IMG/VR virus record: IMGVR_UViG_3300027754_000055
Coordinates: 45,653-109,652 of that record
DNA length: 64,000 nucleotides
Reading direction: 5' to 3' (one strand)
Source of the DNA: a virus
The translations under genes were made by a program, and so were the position numbers. Of this stretch, positions 59,048 through 64,000 are shown one piece after another. The notes under the pieces are model-generated. The model was not told the DNA's origin and searched no databases. It worked only from the letters and a program-made list of their open reading frames with translations. Every line of letters begins with the position of its first letter. Position 1 is the stretch's first letter.

Positions 59048-59338
59048 TCAGAATGATTCTACACCTTCTTGAACACGTTGCGTAATAATTTCAACTGCAT
59101 GATTCAGATGCCCTTCATCACCATGAAGTCGGTATGCGCTCCAACCATCAGACAGAGCGGAATATTCATGAAGAGTTACTTGACCACTAATTTCTCGTAG
59201 AAGACCAACGGCTTCAATATCATTGTGATGATTCACACTATCCCAAGAAGAATGCCTAGCTCGAATTGAGAATTTGCCAAGGCTCTCAAGGAGTGATCGG
59301 TCTTGTTCGGATAGTTTGCGTGTACGTGTCTTAGCCAT
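59048..59338 (-). CDS. hypothetical protein
   Basis: Own TTGACT-N17-TAATGT promoter; 5' hairpin ATGTGGC/GCCACAT. Confidence 0.65.
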   Translation of the reverse strand: MAKTRTRKLSEQDRSLLESLGKFSIRARHSSWDSVNHHNDIEAVGLLREISGQVTLHEYSALSDGWSAYRLHGDEGHLNHAVEIITQRVQEGVESF

Positions 59339-59450
59339 TTTGATACCTATTATTTCTAACTGTTTTAGTTATGTGGCTACCACCTTGGCGGCCACATACA
59401 CACATTAGCATTGATATTTTAAGGAGTCAAGTAGTTGTTTGTAAGAATGG

Positions 59451-62400
59451 TCAGTTAGAAATAAAAGACTCTGAGCCATTGTCATGAATGGAGAGTATCG
59501 TGCTTGCCGCTTCTTTTATTTCATCGACATGAGTGATAATCAAGATAGCTTTAAAGCGGTTTTTGATAGTATTCAGCAATTCAATTACTTTTGAAATATT
59601 GTTGCCGTCGATTACTCCCATGCCTTCATCTTGTATAAAGATGTCAGGCTTAGGAAGGCTTGAGAGGCTTATTAGAGCCACCCGAATAGCGACGCTTGCA
59701 ATCATCTTCTCCATGCCACTAGCAAGCTCTATGACCCTCCTAGAGTCCTTATCTTCAATGAAAACATCTAGAGTATTTGATCCGACTTCTGTTTCAAGGA
59801 AGATGCGAAAAGGTACAATTCCGGCCAAGATATTATTTAACTCAGCGTTAATGGCTGGTAATTGGCTTTTTAGAATAAAGGCAGGGATTCCATTTTTTGA
59901 AAAAGCTTGAACGATACTATCATATACCCTTTGTTCTTCTATTATTTCCTTTGCCTCTGCCGCTTCGGCATTTAGGTGCTCTAGTTTATTTTTATCTGCT
60001 CCAATATTTTGATATATTGTTTGTAGTTGCCCCTCTAACTGAGATATTTTGCGGGCTAGTTCTTTCTCTTCTTCAATTTTTTCATTAAATGATTTAGTAC
60101 CAAATGATTCAAGTTCGATTTTTAGTTTATCTTGCTCTTTTTTAGAAACATCCAATGTATTAGTTAGCGATTCTATGTTGCCATTGATTTGCTCAATTTG
60201 CTTGATTGCGGCTTCAAGCTTAATAGAATTTGACTGAATAGTCAATTGTAGCTCATTATGCTTTTGTATGCCTTCTTCGATTTTCTCGTTCTGTAATATC
60301 TCATATTCTTCACGAACACCATCGAAGGATGCTATTAGCTTAAGGACTTCTTCTTTTTGTGTTTCATGTAAGTTTTTATCTTCATGGCTATCTTTTATAT
60401 AATGGCATGATTGGAATGATGTTCCGCATGGGACCAAATCAAGTTTTCGGATTGACTTAACTTGGCTGTCTAATTTTTGTTTTTCTGCGCCAAGTCTTGC
60501 TTTTGTTTCATGGTATTGCTTACCAATTGTTTGCAGTAGCTCTTTTTTAGCTTTTAAATCATCTACAGATAGAAGTTTAATCTGCTCCTGATATTGTTTT
60601 AGATTATTTTCAAATATGTTACGTTTTTGTTCTACTGTAATTTTTTCTGCTGCGGCAAGACTTATTTTTCTTTCTATGTCTTCTACGGCTCGATTGGATT
60701 TTTCCAATGTTTTCTGGATATTGTTTAGTTTGACAATTCCTCGCTGCTGCAAAAACATTAGCAAATTTTCTCTAGACGTTTTAACTTCTTCTAATTCTGT
60801 TTTTAGAGTTGTAATATTATCTTGTTTTGATTGCACGGCTTCTTGAAGAAGTTTACCGGCTTGATCCCAGTCTACATTTTGAAATTTCTTAATTTTAGCA
60901 TTATATCCAGATAATTCTTCGCTGGCCATTTTATTTAATTTTTCGAATATATCAAGATCCAAGAACCGATTAAGGATAGACTTACGTTGTGTGGCACCTT
61001 CATCAATAAATTTATTCATTCCTCCTTGATTAGAGAATGCAGTGAGCAGAAAATCTTGTGAGTTTCCGATTAATTTGCGGATAACTTTGTCTGTATCGGT
61101 TCGTGTATCACTGTTTTCGTTAATTAACTCTTCTCTGCTTCCATCTTTATTAACCTTTGAAAGTTTTAAGGTAGTTGCAGCTTTTTCTTCGTCAAAAATA
61201 CCACCACGCTTTTTTGCTTTTTCCACTTTGCGTTCAATGACATATTCTACGCCACTTACCTCAATGGTTACACTTGAAGAACCAGCAGTTTTATTTTTAT
61301 TAATAATGTACGCACTTTTAACAGGGCCACGATCTGTCGTGTTATACAAACCAAACATCAGTGCGCCAACAATGCTACTTTTACCTAGTCTATTATTTCC
61401 AAAAATACCAGTAATACCACGAATTTTTTCAAAATCGATTACATTGTTTTCACCGTAACGATAAAGATTACTAAATTCTAATTTTTTAATTGTCCAAGAC
61501 ACATCCCGCACAGAGTCTTCTTCTGATGAACGAACTTTTTCCAAAGAAGCTTTAATATAATCCTTTGCTTTAATTTTTTGATCTTCGGACAATGTGGATT
61601 TATAGTCTCTTACAATGAAATTATCATAAAGATCAAACAAAGTGCTTGGATCATTTCTTAGGCTAATTTTTTGTATGCCGCCAGCAATATCTAATTCACT
61701 AATGTTCGTTGCTACATCGGCTTTAATAACAACCTCTGAGGCTTTGAGAGAATTTTTTAATTTCTGATGTAGTTCTTTGATTTGAACGTCAAATATTTTT
61801 TCGCTTGAGGCTATGCGAATTCTTTTGTTGAGAAGATTACCATTGCAAACATCAATTGCACTATCTACCGTTTCCTGAACGCTTCCCATCCATGGGACTG
61901 TGTTAAAAGAATATTCGTTAGGAATATCTTTAAAAGAAACATCCCAATCATTAGCAGAACGAATATCCCAAACAAGATATCCTTTTGTTTTCATTTCACC
62001 ATAATTTTGCTGTATGAATGATCCTGGGTATCCAATCCAGGGTTTTAGATCTCTTGTAACGCCAGAATGGGGTCGGTGTCCTAAGAATTGGACTTTATGA
62101 ATATCTCCAAGCATAGCAAAATGATATTTTTCAAAAATTGAGCGATCTACCTCGCCATTGGACATAACCCAATCACTATCCACTTCACAACCAGTTACGG
62201 AACCATGAAATAGGGCGATATTAATCATATCTTGTTTTGGCGAGACGGATTGCCAGCCATCTTTATCAAAACAAGACAAAACGCAAAGATTAATGTTTGT
62301 GTTTGGGATGGTATGGTTTACGCTTTGCTTGAAGAGCGTAATATTTTTATTGTTCATGGCTGCGATAATTGGCGAAATAGTATCTTGACGGTTTTCATTT

Positions 62401-62663
62401 GTAAGATTGCCGTCATGATTTCCAAGAATCAAATACAATGGAGCTATTTCTGCCAACTCACGAAACATCCATGTAATTTTATCAATCACTTCTGGTGTAA
62501 TGCCAGTAGTTTTTGTGTGAAAAAAATCTCCTGTGCCAATAATATAATCTGGTTTTACATCTTCACGTAGTTGTGAAAAAAAGTTATTAAATGCATTGGT
62601 ATATTCTTCATGACGTGTAATACCACGCCAGTGAACATCACTAAATTGAACTATTTTTGTCAT
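59451..62663 (-). CDS. fused Mre11/SbcD nuclease-Rad50/SbcC ATPase (gp47+gp46-like)
   Basis: FSDVH, GDFFH, GNHD, LFHG, LGDIH, YPGS; Walker A GNNRLGKSS, coiled coil with hook-like PCG..SC, signature ASGMEK, QDEG, ITH. Confidence 0.9.
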   Translation of the reverse strand: MTKIVQFSDVHWRGITRHEEYTNAFNNFFSQLREDVKPDYIIGTGDFFHTKTTGITPEVIDKITWMFRELAEIAPLYLILGNHDGNLTNENRQDTISPIIAAMNNKNITLFKQSVNHTIPNTNINLCVLSCFDKDGWQSVSPKQDMINIALFHGSVTGCEVDSDWVMSNGEVDRSIFEKYHFAMLGDIHKVQFLGHRPHSGVTRDLKPWIGYPGSFIQQNYGEMKTKGYLVWDIRSANDWDVSFKDIPNEYSFNTVPWMGSVQETVDSAIDVCNGNLLNKRIRIASSEKIFDVQIKELHQKLKNSLKASEVVIKADVATNISELDIAGGIQKISLRNDPSTLFDLYDNFIVRDYKSTLSEDQKIKAKDYIKASLEKVRSSEEDSVRDVSWTIKKLEFSNLYRYGENNVIDFEKIRGITGIFGNNRLGKSSIVGALMFGLYNTTDRGPVKSAYIINKNKTAGSSSVTIEVSGVEYVIERKVEKAKKRGGIFDEEKAATTLKLSKVNKDGSREELINENSDTRTDTDKVIRKLIGNSQDFLLTAFSNQGGMNKFIDEGATQRKSILNRFLDLDIFEKLNKMASEELSGYNAKIKKFQNVDWDQAGKLLQEAVQSKQDNITTLKTELEEVKTSRENLLMFLQQRGIVKLNNIQKTLEKSNRAVEDIERKISLAAAEKITVEQKRNIFENNLKQYQEQIKLLSVDDLKAKKELLQTIGKQYHETKARLGAEKQKLDSQVKSIRKLDLVPCGTSFQSCHYIKDSHEDKNLHETQKEEVLKLIASFDGVREEYEILQNEKIEEGIQKHNELQLTIQSNSIKLEAAIKQIEQINGNIESLTNTLDVSKKEQDKLKIELESFGTKSFNEKIEEEKELARKISQLEGQLQTIYQNIGADKNKLEHLNAEAAEAKEIIEEQRVYDSIVQAFSKNGIPAFILKSQLPAINAELNNILAGIVPFRIFLETEVGSNTLDVFIEDKDSRRVIELASGMEKMIASVAIRVALISLSSLPKPDIFIQDEGMGVIDGNNISKVIELLNTIKNRFKAILIITHVDEIKEAASTILSIHDNGSESFISN

Positions 62664-62688
62664 TAAGTTTCTCCAGTTTTACTCTAGA

Positions 62689-63666
62689 TTAGAGCATTAA
62701 GTTTCTCAAATAATAAAGATCATCAAACTCTACAACATGTTTTCCATCATTGATTAGATCAATAAATCTATCTCTTTTCATTTCGCCAGGATCTTTTATT
62801 TCTTCTGGCAATATTAAAATACGAACATTTACATCGTAATCATAAAGCGATTTAGCTATATCAAGACTGGCACGTTTTGCATCGCTATCAAGACAAAGCA
62901 AAACTGGTGTTTTATTTGTTGCGATCTTCTGGAATAATGCATACTCTTTTGTTAACTCTTTCCCAAGCAAACAAGTTGCATTATCATTCACTTTAAATAA
63001 ATCAAATGGACCTTCGACGATCGTTAATTCTTCTGACCAATCTATATTGATTTCATTTATAATAACCGTTTCTCTATGAAATCTTGGATTAAAATACTTT
63101 GGTTTTACGCTTGGTCTGTGTGTTCTAGAAGTGAAAAAATTAAGATTACCATCTTGATCGTGTGATGGAATAAGAATTCTATTTTTATAATTTAAATCCA
63201 AGGCGGTAATGCCAAGTTTAAAATACCAAAAATCTCTATATGTAACACCCCTTTGCTTTAGATATTTTACTGCTTGACGAATATAATATGGGGCCTCTGG
63301 GTTATCGTAGTATTCCGCAAGAAGTTGAAAGCCTCTGGGCAACTCTATTGCCTGTTCCTGAGCTTTAAAGGCTGCTTCTTCGGCATCCGATATCAGAGAC
63401 GCAGCATTGAACGTTTTAATGAACTCATCGGCCTGATGGGGCTTATAGCGTTTTAGAAGGCCATAGATTGTTTTTGATTTATAATTACAAACCCAACATC
63501 GGGTGAGCCAATTATCGGTTCTGATGGCTAATTTCTTTTTTTCAGTTTCGCCCGTTTTTTCGTGGCAAATAGGACAAAGAACATTGGCATTTAAACCAGC
63601 ATTTGATAGTTTTGCCGGTCCCCAACACTTCTCTAAAAAATCTATAGCTTGACCTTGTGTATGCAT
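62689..63666 (-). CDS. DNA primase (zinc-binding + TOPRIM), leaderless start
   Basis: CPIC..CWVC, YLKQRG, RILIP, KYFN, VEGPFD, LDSD, KDPG. Confidence 0.88.
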   Translation of the reverse strand: MHTQGQAIDFLEKCWGPAKLSNAGLNANVLCPICHEKTGETEKKKLAIRTDNWLTRCWVCNYKSKTIYGLLKRYKPHQADEFIKTFNAASLISDAEEAAFKAQEQAIELPRGFQLLAEYYDNPEAPYYIRQAVKYLKQRGVTYRDFWYFKLGITALDLNYKNRILIPSHDQDGNLNFFTSRTHRPSVKPKYFNPRFHRETVIINEINIDWSEELTIVEGPFDLFKVNDNATCLLGKELTKEYALFQKIATNKTPVLLCLDSDAKRASLDIAKSLYDYDVNVRILILPEEIKDPGEMKRDRFIDLINDGKHVVEFDDLYYLRNLML

Positions 63667-63728
63667 AGATTCAGCATACTATAAGATATAGCTTTGTGTC
63701 AAATGTTTTGAATTAGTTTTCTAGGGCT

Positions 63729-63878
63729 TTACTTCCTCATTACCATTAAGGCAGTCGATAATGATAATCCCCCCCTGTTTTCTTCTTCGCTGTCTTCAAT
63801 TTTTTTCTTAGGAGGCGCACCAGAAACATATTCAATCTCTAAATACAAATATTCTTGTTCAAACGTGAATTTTTTCAT
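63729..63878 (-). CDS. small hypothetical protein containing a G7 run
   Basis: MKKFTFEQEYLYLEIEYVSGAPPKKKIEDSEEENRGG...; its ATG lies in the TTCAT target of the adjacent IS. Confidence 0.45.
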   Translation of the reverse strand: MKKFTFEQEYLYLEIEYVSGAPPKKKIEDSEEENRGGLSLSTALMVMRK

Positions 63879-64000
63879 TTGCATGAGCAGGAAACCCACA
63901 CCCTCGTGGTGTGGGAGGAATGCGAATCAATAATTTCATACATTGAAGTTTTTTCAAAAAAGATACATACTTATCTGTATGCCAAGCATAACGTACAATA
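63879..64000 (+). mobile_element. left end of another IS200/IS605-family element (truncated by the window); probable tnpB start at 63979
   Basis: TTCAT|TTGCATGAGCAGGAAACCCACACCCTCGTGGTGTGGGAGGAATGCGAATC is homologous to the other left ends; TACTTA-N5-ATG (MPSITYN). Confidence 0.75.

Noticed and set aside
1-64000. Stop-codon reassignment (alternative genetic code)
   Set aside because: Core genes are long and intact in code 11, and TAA, TAG and TGA all end genes at sensible positions

Overview
AT-rich segment of a large (jumbo-type) contractile-tailed phage genome, read in the standard genetic code. From left to right it carries: a tail/baseplate module (LamG protein, 1801-aa tape measure, tube-initiator-like, LysM/gp53-like and hub-like proteins); a replication/recombination block (exonuclease-less family A DNA polymerase, HD hydrolase, gp32-like SSB, RecA/UvsX with a LAGLIDADG intein in the P-loop); about 30 kb of accessory genes (a dozen small SH3-like 'IGKLY...G.IGW' paralogues, pentapeptide proteins, macrodomain, SLOG, RNA ligase, ATP-grasp, Thg1, DEDDh exonuclease, KTSC, tRNA-Arg); a sigma-70-type factor whose region 4.2 appears to be encoded by the next gene; terminase large subunit with an intein; a fused Mre11-Rad50 (SbcD-SbcC); and primase. 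The most striking system is a family of five related IS200/IS605 elements: a tnpA+tnpB element, a tnpB-only element, a 261-bp protein-free element that keeps a structurally conserved omega-RNA, a 44-bp single-hairpin remnant, and the left end of a fifth at the window edge. Their ends can be placed to the base, because excision restores interrupted phage genes and the guide/cleavage tetranucleotides co-vary. Their genes sit behind the same TANTTA motif that precedes the structural genes. Other notable features are a set of putative virion-packaged effector enzymes, widespread leaderless gene starts, and a structured RNA region with an aberrant tRNA-like core. All protein family calls come from motif recognition by eye, without database searches.
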